The translations under genes and the position numbers were made by a program. The notes beneath the pieces are model-generated. The model had not been told where the DNA came from. It made no database searches and saw only the letters and a list, made by a program, of their open reading frames with translations. Shown here in pieces: positions 10,498 to 23,410 of a DNA stretch of 64,000 nucleotides (position 1 is the first letter of the stretch; the number at the start of each line of letters is the position of its first letter). Source of the stretch: Macrostomum lignano (taxonomy: Eukaryota); the NCBI GenBank assembly GCA_002269645.1, contig NIVC01001296.1, positions 62,001 through 126,000 of the forward strand, read 5' to 3'.

Positions 10498-13400
10498 GGT
10501 GGCTGGTTGCCTGACAGCTTGAGCATGCATAATAATTAATATATAGGCTATTTAGAAGCAAAGACAAAGATATGCTTTATTTTTCTGAATTAAAAAATTA
10601 GAAGGATAAAAAGACACTTTATAAAAATTGTCTTTTTAAAGTAAAAATATTTACAAGCTTATGGCTTCTTAGACCTTGAAAATGGTGTTTTAAATCTACT
10701 ATCATTTTCATCGATTCTGGTTAAATTCAGATTTGTTTACAAATTTAAAAAATATCAATTTGACCTAAAATCATTAGAGCTAAATAAAAAAGTTAACCAT
10801 ATCATTTGATTCAAAATCTTTCCTTCCTATATACTAAAACTTTAAACAGCTTGAAACCAATACACTAGATTTTGGCATGTGTCTGATAATCGAAAATTAC
10901 CTTACAGAGTATAATTTAAAGGGCTAAAGTTGCAATATACAATCCTGTAAATGACCTGATAAGTTGAGTCTATTTTTGCACATTCAAAGTTTATTAGTCA
11001 ACTCTGATTTGATTCGTGCAATAGTATTAGTTAGTTTACCAATTATATGATAATTTTATAATTTACTAACAAAAACATCAATTTATATGCTAGAACCTAC
11101 AAAAAGATGCTATGTCGAAATACAAATATGAATATAGTCTAAAAAGCTCTAGTCTAATATTTTTTTAATTAAGAAGTGAAATAATTATATGCACAATAAT
11201 GTAATATACAAATATTTTGGCAGCTTTTTCCTAGTTTAAAAGTACCCAGTTTCCTAGTTTCTCCTAGTACTTCAAAAGTAGGAAGTGGGAAGGCAAGATG
11301 GATACCATACATTTAGTTCTTCAAATACGCTCGTATATAGCTCGTTCTCGTTCAATGTTTCACTTGATTATTTTATATTGAAGCCCAAAAGGGACTCAAA
11401 TGAATCTTACTAATCTTTCAAAAGTTATATATTCGCAGCATATACGAAGCATGTTAAATAATTTGTAGTTATTATTTCGTAGGTTCAATTTTTTATTGTA
11501 CTGTAGATACTCCTGTTGTCAACAGAAACTAGCAAAAAAATTATTTTTCTCACTGAAGCTTTTATTATTAGTCTTTATTTGTTTATTTATTTTTCTTTTA
11601 CAAAACCTATAAAGATGCTTTGTTGCAAGATCAATGAGTTTTGTTATATCGTTTAAATTTTTATAAAAAGAAAACCGTGAAAGTGCAAGCAAGAGTTGTT
11701 GTTAATATTTATCGAGATAGAAAATCTATGCATGTTTTAAATTGCTTTTTTCAGCTGTGAGATCAGCGAGACAGTCAGGTTGCTTGTTGATCGACTGCTC
11801 GATTCTCTGCCTTGCATCTTTTATTGGACTTATTTGCATTGTACATGTACGAGTATAACGTTCAGCTGTACAGCTACACGTACGTCACGGACTACTAGAT
11901 ATTTGGGGGATGAGGACCTAATGAGGGCTTATTCATTGAAGGCAACATCTTTTTCTGTCAAAAAATGATTAGAAAAGTTTCTAAGTACGGGGTAAAAGTT
12001 CTATATTTTAAATCTGATTGAAGACGAAAATTAGCTGGGAATCGTACCTGAATTCATTGTTGGATAATTGAGCGAGGTTTTTTCGATTTGTTGCATACAT
12101 ATATTTGACATGAATATTTTTTGTCACGTTCCAACTGGAACAAATTATTACTTTATTATCACACGCGATTAAAGAATATAAGCAAGAAATCAGGGGCACA
12201 GGGATCGAAGGGGGTTGGGGAATGTATATCCTCCCGAACAGCCTAAAAAATTTGAAGTATGTTATTCTAGTACAAGCATTTTCAATCCCTAGGGGCGTCC
12301 TATCCCCCGAGAGGAAAATTTCTGGTGGCCTAGCTAAATCCCCCAGAAGAATTAAGATTTCTGGCTACGCGCCAGCTGCAAGGATCTAGTTGATAGCTTG
12401 CTATAAATTTGAGTTTGAGTTGAATTAAGCCGCTTTATTGATCGACATTCATAAAAACGAATTAGTACAACAAGCAGAACATCAAAAGCGAAAAGCGTAA
12501 TATAGAAAAATTTAGTGGACACAGCTGCAGCACATTAAAACAAGTTTACAGATTTAGGAAAACAAAATGCCTAATTTCCAAAAGCGATGAAGCCTGCTTT
12601 GTGCGACACATGTACAGTTATTGCGTCTGCAGATATGATTCGAAAAGCTGTGGAAAAATCATTTTGAATGAATTTTACGGCTCATATTTATTCACAACGA
12701 TTATCAAAAAGCAATTAGCTATTTTGTAATGAAATGAGCTAAAATTAAAAAGGAGCATTGTGCAACACCAATTGCAGTAGAATAAGAAATAGGTTAAATT
12801 TTCCAACGAACATTTATAGTAATAAATAATATAAACAACAGATGATGCACGGCCGCATATACAGTGTATAAATTAACGTATTGAACAAAAATAACGAAAA
12901 TGTTTGTATTGAATTGGAATTGGCAGAAGAGCAATCTGGAACCAACAACTTTACCTATAAATACAAATAGTTTTATTCAGAATTTAGAATAAGAAACTTG
13001 CTTTGATTCAATTACGAGAAAATTATATTGAGTTATAACAAATTAAAACTGACTTTTGAATGTTTTTTCGGCTTTAATGTGTTAAGCGAATCTATTTGAA
13101 TGACTAAACACTTATGTGGCGGCAAATAAAAAATAACCATTATTCATTGATCAGTACCTTGATGATTATTATTCATTAAAACACGTTTTTTATGTTTTAT
13201 ACCTATTTTTTAGATGGGGTAAAAATGGCGAAATTTATTGGCATAAAAACTTTGTGACATTTCCTTTGCGATGATACAATTTAGCTGTTTGTGCCCTTGG
13301 TCTACGATGTACATCATTCTCTATGTACAAAGCTGGCTTGCTTGCGTACATTTAACTGATGGCAGCCCACTCTCTCCATCCACCCAATGTACGAGAGTGG

Positions 13401-13782
13401 TACAATACATTCTTGCCTTCCTAGATCAAGCCTAAAATTTTCCATCGTTGATTGGCTAACCAGCTAGGGGGAATCCCAGAAAAATTTCTAATTAGAGAAA
13501 ATCGATAATCGAGATTTTCAGTGTCTATAAAAAACGGATTTTTTACTCTAACAATTGATATAGTAAATATTTGATTATTTAATTTCACATCGATTCATCT
13601 GGATTCCTTATCTAGCATCAGCTTATTTGATAAACCGATTTTTTTGTTGTTTCAACACATGCTAAACAAACGTCTTCAGTTATAGTCTTCAGTAGGTTGG
13701 AATTCCGGGAATACCGCGCATTGATGGTCAACTTTAAACATTGCATCGCATGGAGAAGCATTCACGGTTGCCAGCAAGTTGA

Positions 13783-14000
13783 TCAGGGATAAGCAACCTG
13801 CTGCTGCCAACCAGCCGAGTAATAGGGAAGCACAGTGCCGGTAAACAGGTGCTCCTGGTGATACTGCAGGTGCTGGTGCTCATGCTGGTACTGCTGCTGC
13901 TGCTGCTGCTGAACATCTGGGAACTGCTGGTATCCGTCAGTTGCATGGCAGCTTGAGTAGCGAGCTCGCATCTGCTCATAGTACTGCTGATAGGCCTCCG
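13783..14000 (-). CDS. DMRT-like gene, terminal exon
   Basis: Acceptor AATTTTCAG|CG; (P)EAYQQYYEQMRARY...QQVAYP*. Confidence 0.75.
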
Positions 14001-16740
14001 CTGAAAATTGAAATTTACGTGCATAATTTTCTACAGCTAATAAATATTATTGAAGACCATTCGCACAATAAAACAGCACACTGCAGGAGACTGCAGGAGT
14101 CAGGATCTATAGGGTATTGTTAGAGACCCAGAAACTCATGAGACCTTTGTAAATACCCTGTAGGGACCCTTGTAAATACCCTGCAGGGACCCTTGTAAAT
14201 GCCCGCTAGAGATCCCTGTAAATACCCCTGCAGAGACACCCAGGCACATTTTAGAAAACTTTGTAGCTCGTAAATACCCTATAGAGACCCTTGTATCTCT
14301 TCAACGATGGACTGCAATATACAACAGCAAGTGCAGTGGACCCCCTTAACTCTACAGCTGCAGCCTGTCAATCAGCACCTGTTCGGTGACACTCACGCGC
14401 ATTAGCCGGGCAGCTGTAGGCCAGCTCCGCCCAGGACGGGTTGGCCATCCCTGTGCCCGGAGACAGCCCTGATGAGGGCGCGGCCAGAGCTGCATCCTCC
14501 CCGAACTGATCGAGGTACGGAGCGGCATTCATGTGGATGGCCGGCTGCTCCTGCGGCTGGTACACCGAGGCCACGGCTGCCTGCATCGCTGTCATCTGGT
14601 ACTCGGATGACAGACTGGCGTTGCCTGTGGAGTTTGATAGAAGGCAGGTGTGGTGGGTTGGCCTGTGCTGTATAGTATCCCTGGTGGCCAGCTGCGATTG
14701 CATCTGAGGGCACCGGGGGCTTTAGTACCAGGGACTTACACCATGGGCTTTAGCACCAGGGGCTTTAGCACCAGGGACTTTAGCACCAGGGGCTTTAGCA
14801 CCAGGGGCTTTAGCACCAGGGGCTTTAGCACAAGGGGCTTTAGCACCAGGGGCTTTAGCACAAGGGGCTTTAGCACCAGGGGCTTTAGCACCAGGGGCTT
14901 TAGCACCAGTGGCTTTAGCACCAGGGGCTTTAGCACCAGCGCTTAAATGCCATTAACCTGTGAAACAGCCTCGTGCAGAGCACATCTCTGGACTAGAGTG
15001 ATCCTTACTATGCTACTGACAAGCAAACAGTAGAATGTTCAACATTTGCCGAAATCAAGTTTCATCAGCTCTCACCGGCATCGGTGCTGGAGCCTTCAAA
15101 CGATTCGTTAGATTCCGTTTTCACCGCTGCCCCTTCGTTCACCTCGCCATCGTGGGGCAGGTGTTGCAGAAACTCCTGGTGGTGCTGCTCATGCTGAAGC
15201 AACTGCTGCTGCTGCTGCTGATGCTGCTGCTGCTGGCAATGGTAGAACATCTGGCGGGGCTCAAATAGTTTGCTTTCGTCTTTGAGCAAGATCTGATGCT
15301 GCTGCTGCAAGGCCAGGGTTTGCTCGCGCAGAGTTTTGTCGTTGGATTTGCGCAGGGCAATGAGCTCACACTTCTCGCAGATGCAGTTGGCGAACGGGCA
15401 GGTCTTCTTGTGGCCCTTCCACAGCTGCATCTTGTTGTGGTTGCGGCAGCGGCGGCAGTGCGGGAAGTCGCCTGCAGTTCGGGTTTCGGTTAGCCATTCA
15501 CTCAATTCACATTCTTTGCTGGTCAGCCATTCACCCAATTCACATTCTTTGCTGGTCAGCCATTCACCCAATTCACATTCTTTGCTGGTTAGCCATCACC
15601 CAATTCACATTCTTTGCTGGTCAGCCATTCACCCAATTCACATTCGTTGCTGGTTAGCTATTCACTCAATTCACATTCTTTGCTGGTCAGCAATTCACCC
15701 AATTCACATTCTTTGCTGGTCAGCAATTCACCCAATTCACATTCTTTGCTGGTCAGCCATTCACCCAATTCACATTCTTTGCTGGTCAGCAATTCACCCA
15801 ATTCACATTTTTTGCTGGTCAGCCATTCACCCAATTCACATTCTTTGCTGGTCAGCAATTCACCCAATTCACATTCTTTGCTGGTTAGCCATTCACCCAA
15901 TTCACATTCTTTGCTGGTTAGCCATTCACTCAATTCACATTCTTTGCTGGTCAGCCATTCACCCAATTCACATTCGTTGCTGGTTAGCTATTCACTCAAT
16001 TCACATTCTTTGCTGGTCAGCAATTCACCCAATTCACATTCTTTGCTGGTCAGCAATTCACCCAATTCACATTTTTTGCTGGTCAGCCATTCACCCAATT
16101 CACATTCTTTGCTGGTCAGCAATTCACCCAATTCACATTCTTTGCTGGTTAGCCATTCACCCAATTCACATTCTTTGCTGGTTAGCCATTCACCCAATTC
16201 ACATTCTTTGCTGGTCAGCCATTCACCCAATTCACATTCTTTGCTGGTTAGCCATTCACCCAATTCACATCCTTTGCTGGTTAGCCATTCACCCAATTCA
16301 CATCCTTTGCTGGTCAGCCATTCACCCAATTCACATTCCTGGCTTAGTCAGCCAATCATCCAATTCACATTCTGTGATGGGCAGTTATTCACCCAATCCA
16401 TAGTGAATGACGGTCTTTCATTCACCCATTTACAACGAATACTCACTCACCAATTAAAACCACTTTGCCTTTGGCTTGCTCTAAAATGTCTTCTGAGCGC
16501 TGTTTCCGGTAATTGCTAATCTGCTTGGCGACAATTTGCCTGCCGTGATCGACCAGCATGCACTTGGGGCAGTTGCAGTCCTTGTACTGGCATTGACGCT
16601 TGTGGCCTTTGACGCTGATGCAGATGCCGTGGCTCTTGCATTTGCGGCAGAAGTACTGCTTCCGGTTGGCGGCTCCCGCGACACTGGATGCGGCACTGCT
16701 GCCGGACTTCTTGCTGGATGAGGAAAACGAGGATGCTGTG
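13783..16740 (-). CDS. Doublesex/mab-3-related (DMRT family) transcription factor with two tandem DM zinc-binding domains and a Gln-rich C-terminus; 5' exon(s) unresolved
   Basis: Exons about 16740-16451, 15471-15076, 14624-14397, 14000-13783, joined by three phase-1 GT-AG introns. DM1 CRKCKSHGICISVKGHKRQCQYKDCNCPKC and DM2 CRRCRNHNKMQLWKGHKKTCPFANCICEKC both fit C-x2-C-x2-H-x8-H-x3-C-x4-C-x-C-x2-C. Confidence 0.9.
14140..14295. repeat. Degenerate ~20-bp tandem repeat (GACCCTTGTAAATACCCTG) in a DMRT-like intron
   Basis: Several diverged copies visible. Confidence 0.7.
14397..14624 (-). CDS. DMRT-like gene, internal exon
   Basis: Acceptor CTCCACAG|GC; donor GCGC|GTGAGT; phase 1 at both ends; NASLSSEYQMTAMQAAVASVYQ... 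Confidence 0.75.
14716..14941. repeat. 15-bp minisatellite (GGGGCTTTAGCACCA)n in a DMRT-like intron
   Basis: Periodicity seen directly; source of the RGFST and LKPLV ORFs. Confidence 0.93.
15076..15471 (-). CDS. DMRT-like gene, exon with DM domain 2 and poly-Gln
   Basis: Acceptor AACTGCAG|GC-GAC (G-D-F-P-H-C); donor GCCG|GTGAGA. Confidence 0.88.
15490..16340. repeat. 33-bp minisatellite (CATTCACCCAATTCACATTCTTTGCTGGTCAGC)n, about 26 copies, filling the intron between DM1 and DM2
   Basis: Periodicity seen directly; variant units put stops in the sense frame. Confidence 0.95.
16451..16740 (-). CDS. DMRT-like gene, exon with DM domain 1 (5' boundary approximate)
   Basis: DM1 motif; phase-1 donor ATTG|GTGAGT; candidate acceptors at 16740 and 16735. 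Confidence 0.8.
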
Positions 16741-16804
16741 CTGATTGGTTGATGGTGGTTGCAATAATCAATGAATAACCAACTATCAAGCTTGTATGTT
16801 GGGG

Positions 16805-18601
16805 TGATTCTCATCAATAGCACTGATTCTCATCAATAGCACTGATTCTCATCAATAGCACTGATTCTCCTCAATAGCACTGATTCTCATCAATAGCACT
16901 GATTCTCCTCAATAGCACTGATTCTCATCAATAGCACTGATTCTCATCAATAGCACTGATTCTCATCAACAGCACTGATTCTCCTCAATAGCACTGATTC
17001 TCATCGATAGCACTGATTCTCATCAACAGCACTGATTCTCATCAATAGCACTGATTCTCATCAATAGCACTGATTCTCATCAATAGCATTGATTCTTATC
17101 AACAGCACTGATTCTCATCAACAGCACTGATTCTTATCAACAGCACTGATTCTTATCAACAGCACTGATTCTCATCAATAGCACTGATTCTCATCAACAG
17201 CACTGATTCTCATCAATAGCACTGATTCTCATCAATAGCACTGATTCTCATCAACAGCACTGATTCTCATCAATAGCACTGATTCTCATCAATAGCACTG
17301 ATTCTCATCAATAGCACTGATTCTCATCAATAGCACTGATTCTCATCAATAGCACTGATTCTCATCAATAGCACTGATTCTCATCAATAGCACTGATTCT
17401 CATCAATAGCACTGATTCTCATCAATAGCACTGATTCTCATCAATAGCACTGATTCTCATCAATAGCACTGATTCTCATCAATAGCACTGATTCTCATCA
17501 ATAGCACTGATTCTCATCAATAGCACTGATTCTCATCAATAGCACTGATTCTCATCAATAGCACTGATTCTCATCAATAGCACTGATTCTCATCAATAGC
17601 ACTGATTCTCATCAATAGCACTGATTCTCATCAATAGCACTGATTCTCATCAATAGCACTGATTCTCATCAATAGCACTGATTCTCATCAATAGCACTGA
17701 TTCTCATCAATAGCACTGATTCTCATCAATAGCACTGATTCTCATCAATAGCACTGATTCTCATCAATAGCACTGATTCTCATCAATAGCACTGATTCTC
17801 ATCAATAGCACTGATTCTCATCAATAGCACTGATTCTCATCAATAGCACTGATTCTCATCAATAGCACTGATTCTCATCAATAGCACTGATTCTCATCAA
17901 TAGCACTGATTCTCATCAATAGCACTGATTCTCATCAATAGCACTGATTCTCATCAATAGCACTGATTCTCATCAATAGCACTGATTCTCATCAATAGCA
18001 CTGATTCTCATCAATAGCACTGATTCTCATCAATAGCACTGATTCTCATCAATAGCACTGATTCTCATCAATAGCACTGATTCTCATCAATAGCACTGAT
18101 TCTCATCAATAGCACTGATTCTCATCAATAGCACTGATTCTCATCAATAGCACTGATTCTCATCAATAGCACTGATTCTCATCAATAGCACTGATTCTCA
18201 TCAATAGCACTGATTCTCATCAATAGCACTGATTCTCATCAATAGCACTGATTCTCATCAATAGCACTGATTCTCATCAATAGCACTGATTCTCATCAAT
18301 AGCACTGATTCTCATCAATAGCACTGATTCTCATCAATAGCACTGATTCTCATCAATAGCACTGATTCTCATCAATAGCACTGATTCTCATCAATAGCAC
18401 TGATTCTCATCAATAGCACTGATTCTCATCAATAGCACTGATTCTCATCAATAGCACTGATTCTCATCAATAGCACTGATTCTCATCAATAGCACTGATT
18501 CTCATCAATAGCACTGATTCTCATCAATAGCACTGATTCTCATCAATAGCACTGATTCTATCAATAGCACTGAATCAATAGCACTGATTCTCATCAATAG
18601 C
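16805..18601. repeat. 19-bp minisatellite (GATTCTCATCAATAGCACT)n, about 94 copies, nearly invariant
   Basis: Periodicity seen directly; no spacers, so not CRISPR. Confidence 0.97.
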
Positions 18602-19406
18602 ACAATCAGCAAGAGCTTCTGCTTTGAGATTTCACTAATCCCATTAACTTATGCATATGAACAATCCTGATTTAATGAGCTTGAAACTGCTTGGAATGAA
18701 ACGCAATGCCATCAGGATAAGCCATCCCAGGCACGCTACCAGCACAACTCTCTTCGTTCATATTTCCTGTAAAAGGGAAACTTAATTGTTTTAAACCTGT
18801 GGAGCTCGCACGTGTCAGTCAGCAGTTTAAAACTGCGAGCTCCAATTTGTCTGACCGTAAGGATTAACTCTGTTTTTTGCAACAGCAAATTCGATTGTTT
18901 GGGCTTTGATGTTGATGTTGGTCTTTCATAAATCTCTCTGTGATCTCAGCAATCCGCTTTGACCCCGAGGGCACGCCTGGCCGTTTTCTGGGGGATCATT
19001 CTGCGGGGAAAGGGGAACAGTCAGCCAGTGCGCCACCAAGCCCAGCTGTTGAGAGGATATTTTCCCTTAGACAGGTGTCTCAGTGTCAGAGCATAAAAGT
19101 GAACTCTATAATCAGATTAACATCTATGTAGTTATTTATGCAATAGTGTTCTGTCTACCATCATAGAACCCTATAGCGTGTATTTCCTGCAGTGAAAAAG
19201 CATGTCGTCAAAAAATTAATGATTTATTGCCCTTGTGAGTCTAAATTTACAGTAAGCTTTTCGGGTGCAGTGACTTCTATGGCCATCCATTGTCACCCGC
19301 TAACATGCAGGCTATTTAATAACTTTGAGACTGGTCACTCATTTTTATGTTGAATAGATTAATTTTCCCGAATCACAGCAATACATTTTACTCTAGACTC
19401 CTAGAG

Positions 19407-19645
19407 CAGGGGTCGGGCAATTACAGCCTGCGAAGCCTCCCCATCCGGCCCTCGGGTCCTTTGAAACTTCACAATAGCAATCGCAATAGAAAGTGTGTCT
19501 CTTCTCAGCTCTCTTACCTCCTCTCTCTTCTAATCTCCTGTCTCTTATTTCCTATGCTCTTTTCTCTCTCCTCTATTTCATCTCTATTCTCGTATGGCAT
19601 TAGCCAGGTTCTTTATCTGGCCCTTGAGGTACAATAGAAAAAGTT
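19407..19645 (-). mobile_element. Short hAT/Charlie-type MITE with a small CT/AG-rich core
   Basis: Terminus CAGGGGTCGGGCAA...CCGGCCC preceded by TCCTAGAG, a Charlie-like target. The other side carries the reverse complement of ACCTCAAGGGCCAGATAAAGAA, also found at 46594, 49475 and 52395. Confidence 0.6.
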
Positions 19646-19650
19646 CAAAG

Positions 19651-19840
19651 GGGGGCCGTAGCCCAGTGGTCTAGGGCGGCGCTCTGATTTACCAGCGGCC
19701 CAGGCTCGATTCCCAGTGCAGTCGCATTAATTTGCGGCTAAATTGGAATCTCGGCTTGGCTCTGCTCGTGCAATCAACGGCCGTGAGGGGGCCAACCCCC
19801 AAGGCACAGTGAAGTGTACATGCCTAACGATAAATAAAGT
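19651..19840 (+). mobile_element. tRNA-derived SINE
   Basis: A box TAGCCCAGTGG, B box GGCTCGATTCCC, no pairing acceptor stem, non-tRNA body ending in AATAAAG. Confidence 0.65.
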
Positions 19841-20487
19841 TAGGGCCGCTGTACACTCCTGTGTGAGTGTGTGCCTGTGCGTGTGACTGCGTACGTATCC
19901 GCGCGCTTGTGTGCCTGCTCAGGGGAGTCGGCGGAATAGGCAGTAATGCCTCTCGCCGGTTGTGAGACAATGTCCTTAAAGTTTATGAAAACCGTGACAA
20001 AAAGATAAAAAACTGCATTATGAATCATAAATCATGCGCGACAGGAAACCGAGGTTTGGCTGGGGGCTTGTCAGAAAAGCAAAGAAACAAATACAGGTGC
20101 AACAATTCCCGTTTTTCCTCACATTAATGACCCGCGGGCATGCAGGGCGACATTCGATATTCATCTTCCAACCTGGCCAGCCACATTGTTGGGGAAATAA
20201 CATGCTAAATTGGCGTCGCAGGTAAGACGCTTTGACCACTTTGCTGAGCAATTTCTTTTAGTTTCTGGCGACATTCAATACTTTGCAGCCATATAGAGTT
20301 CAGGTTTTGTGCCTACCTTGCAGTATGGCTTGTTATGATTCCTGATTTAACCTCCCACTATAATTATAGCAGTGCCTGTGTGCAGCATTTCCCCGATTAT
20401 ATACAATGAATCAGGAGTGAGATGCATTGTTAAAGTACAGTGGCTTGACTTTGTAATGGCGGTGCTGTTTGGACGGTTTCTACGGGC

Positions 20488-20840
20488 AGGGCGGATGAAA
20501 GGGCGGATTGCTCAAGGGTTTCCTATGGGTAGGGGCGGATGAAAGGGCGGATTGCTCAAGGGTTTCCTATGGGTAGGGGCGGATGAAAGGGCGGATTGCT
20601 CAAGGGTTTCCTATGGGTAGGGGCGGATAAAAGGGCGGATTGCTCAAGAGTTTCCCATGGTAGGGGCGGATGAAAGGGCGGATACCCCAAGGGTTTCCTA
20701 TGGGTAGGGGCGGATGAAAGGGCGGATACCTCAAGGGTTTCCCATGGTAGGGGCGGATAGCTCAAGAGTTTCCCATGGTAGGGGCGGATAGCTCAAGAGT
20801 TTCCCATGGTAGGGGCGGATAGCTCAAGGGTTTCCCATGG
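20488..20840. repeat. 44-bp minisatellite that shifts to a 30-bp deletion variant
   Basis: Unit GGGGCGGATGAAAGGGCGGATTGCTCAAGGGTTTCCTATGGGTA. Confidence 0.9.
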
Positions 20841-21543
20841 TATAGACTAGCCAGCATCAGGCGGAGACAACGCTGGAAGACTTACCCAACGAGATGGTTG
20901 GTGGCAATGAAGCTTCTGGAATCGGCGGCTCCCAATGATTTGAAACCGGTTTCCTCCATGCGAGGGCTGCGGCAATATTTTTGTTAATGCTTTTTATATT
21001 AGCAACCCGGTAGCGAGTGGGGCGACAATGTAGCCTTCTTGGCTCCTATATTTCAATACAGACTCAGGGCTGCGGGCTGCGGCGCAAGAGAGGGAAGAGA
21101 GGTCGGGCCGGCTGCTTTCGGAGCAGAAAAAAAGACCAAAGCCTGGAGGAGGAGGGCCAAAGTTCCTCGGGGGGTGTTGGAGTTCGCTACACTAGCGGGG
21201 ATTGTGCTGCTTCCTCTCAACGGTTGCCTCGCTCACCAAAAATCTTCCCAAAGCGTGTTGCGGACGGAGGCTGATGTTCTCGATTCTACTTGCGGGGGGA
21301 GGCCGGCGAGCCAGGATTATTTCTTAACTGCGCAGCGGCCGCGTCTGCCGCTCTCCCCGCCTCCCCCTCGGGCGGAGGCTGGGGTGGGCGGCCAGCCAAT
21401 CCGGGGCTCCGTCTCCTCTGCCTTCGTCTCTCAATCCATCCGCTACACCGCGGGACTGGCTTGGCGCGCGATTTTGTCACGACTTATTTTGGTTCATTGC
21501 TTGATTCGGTTTTGCTTTTTGGCCTATTGCGATTTTTTCATGC

Positions 21544-21832
21544 TGCTCTACTGCTCACTCTACTGCCCACTCTCACTCTCACTGCTCACTCTCACTCTCT
21601 ACTGCTCACTCTACTGCCCACTCTCACTCTCTACTGCTCACTCTCACTCTCTACTGCCCACTCTCACTCTCACTGCTCACTCTCACTCTCTACTGCTCAC
21701 TCTCTACTGCTCACTCTCTACTGCTCACTCTCTACTGCTCACTCTCTACTGCTCACTCTCTACTGCCCACTCTCTACTGCTCACTCTCTACTGCTCACTC
21801 TCACTCTCTACTGCTCACTCTCTACTGCTCAC
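21544..21832. repeat. ~14-bp CT-rich tandem repeat (CTCTACTGCTCACT)n
   Basis: Periodicity seen directly. Confidence 0.88.
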
Positions 21833-22123
21833 CTGACACCCCGGATCCTACCTGACACCAGGGATCCTATCTAACACCCCGGATCCTACCTGACACCCGG
21901 GATCCTACCTGACACCCCGGATCCTACCTGACACCCCGGATCCTACCTGACACCCCGGATCCTACCTGACACCCGGGATCCTACCTGACACCCCGGATCC
22001 TACCTGACACCCCGGATCCTACCTGACACCCCGGATCCTACCTGACACCCCGGATCCTACCTGACACCCGGGATCCTACCTGACACCCCGGATCCTACCT
22101 GACACCCCGGATCCTACCTGACA
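21833..22123. repeat. 19-bp minisatellite (GACACCCCGGATCCTACCT)n
   Basis: Periodicity seen directly. Confidence 0.92.
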
Positions 22124-22179
22124 CTAGATAGATCCTGCTGCAATTCTTCTACAAATACACGGTTTAGTAACTCCAAGCT

Positions 22180-22325
22180 AAAGAATCCAGCTCATGGTTG
22201 CGGGAATAGAAGAGAGAGAAGTGGAGAGGAGATGAGGGAAGAGAGCTGAGTATAGAGACACATTAAACCTTGAGTTTAATGATTGATTGCTATGGTGAAG
22301 TTTCAAAGGACCCGAAGGCCGGACA
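22180..22325 (+). mobile_element. Partial copy of the same hAT-type MITE family
   Basis: AAAGAATCCAGCTCATGGTTGCGGG...short AG core...GAAGTTTCAAAGGACCCGAAGGCCGG matches 19407-19645 (reverse) and the nested copies. Confidence 0.6.
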
Positions 22326-22937
22326 AAGAGGTAACTCAATCTGCCAGGTATATATTTTGCAAAGCAGAAAGCGATTTGTAAAAGTGAAAATTAATATGTT
22401 GATAATTTATGAGGCCACTCGCTCAGAAATGGCGAAGAAATCTTTCAAGCCAAAGCCTGTCAGCATTGATGAATTGTGGCAGCATGGGGTGCGTTATTAC
22501 TAGCGACATTATATATTTATTCAGGTAAAGTGAACAGGTTACAGGTAAGAATTTGACGTGTGAAGGCTTAACACCTGCCTGTTGATGCATTGCATGCACC
22601 ATGTATGCATTTGAATGGTGCAGGATCAGCCACTCCCACAGCCCCTGCAGTGCCCCAGTTGCCGGACTTGTGCCGCCTCTGGCTGCAAACACGAGCTAAA
22701 AAACGCCTATAGATAACGCATTATATTGATCCTAAATCCATTTTTTACGATCGTGTTTGCCCCATTCTGCCCTCGGCCTCCTGGCTGCCAGTCCCAGGCA
22801 ACCCCCAGACTGCTGAGTTTCGCTACTTTCAATGACGGGCTGCAGTGAGCGAGTGAGAGAGCACAGGACCGATCCCTGTTTTCGCTAAGACCATGGTCAA
22901 GGGTCTGTCGCAGCGGCAGTCAGACAGAGGGACACTA

Positions 22938-23410
<473 letters not shown>

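Noticed and set aside
11515-11530. Possible RFX X-box (GTTGTCAACAGAAAC) upstream of ciliary CFAP57
   Set aside because: Two mismatches to the consensus and about 1 kb from the ATG; not distinguishable from chance.
12212-12385. Possible MITE ending CTGGCTACGCGCCAG
   Set aside because: Only one convincing terminus; no matching TIR or TSD.
5849-16340. Idea that intronic minisatellites are selected to have units in multiples of three (51, 33, 15 bp)
   Set aside because: Counter-examples in the same window (17, 19, 20, 28 bp) and a small sample.
16805-18601. Regular short-repeat array that might be mistaken for CRISPR
   Set aside because: Units are contiguous with no unique spacers, there are no cas genes, and the context is eukaryotic.
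19651-19725. Possible tRNA gene
   Set aside because: A and B boxes are present but the acceptor stem does not pair and a SINE-like body follows.
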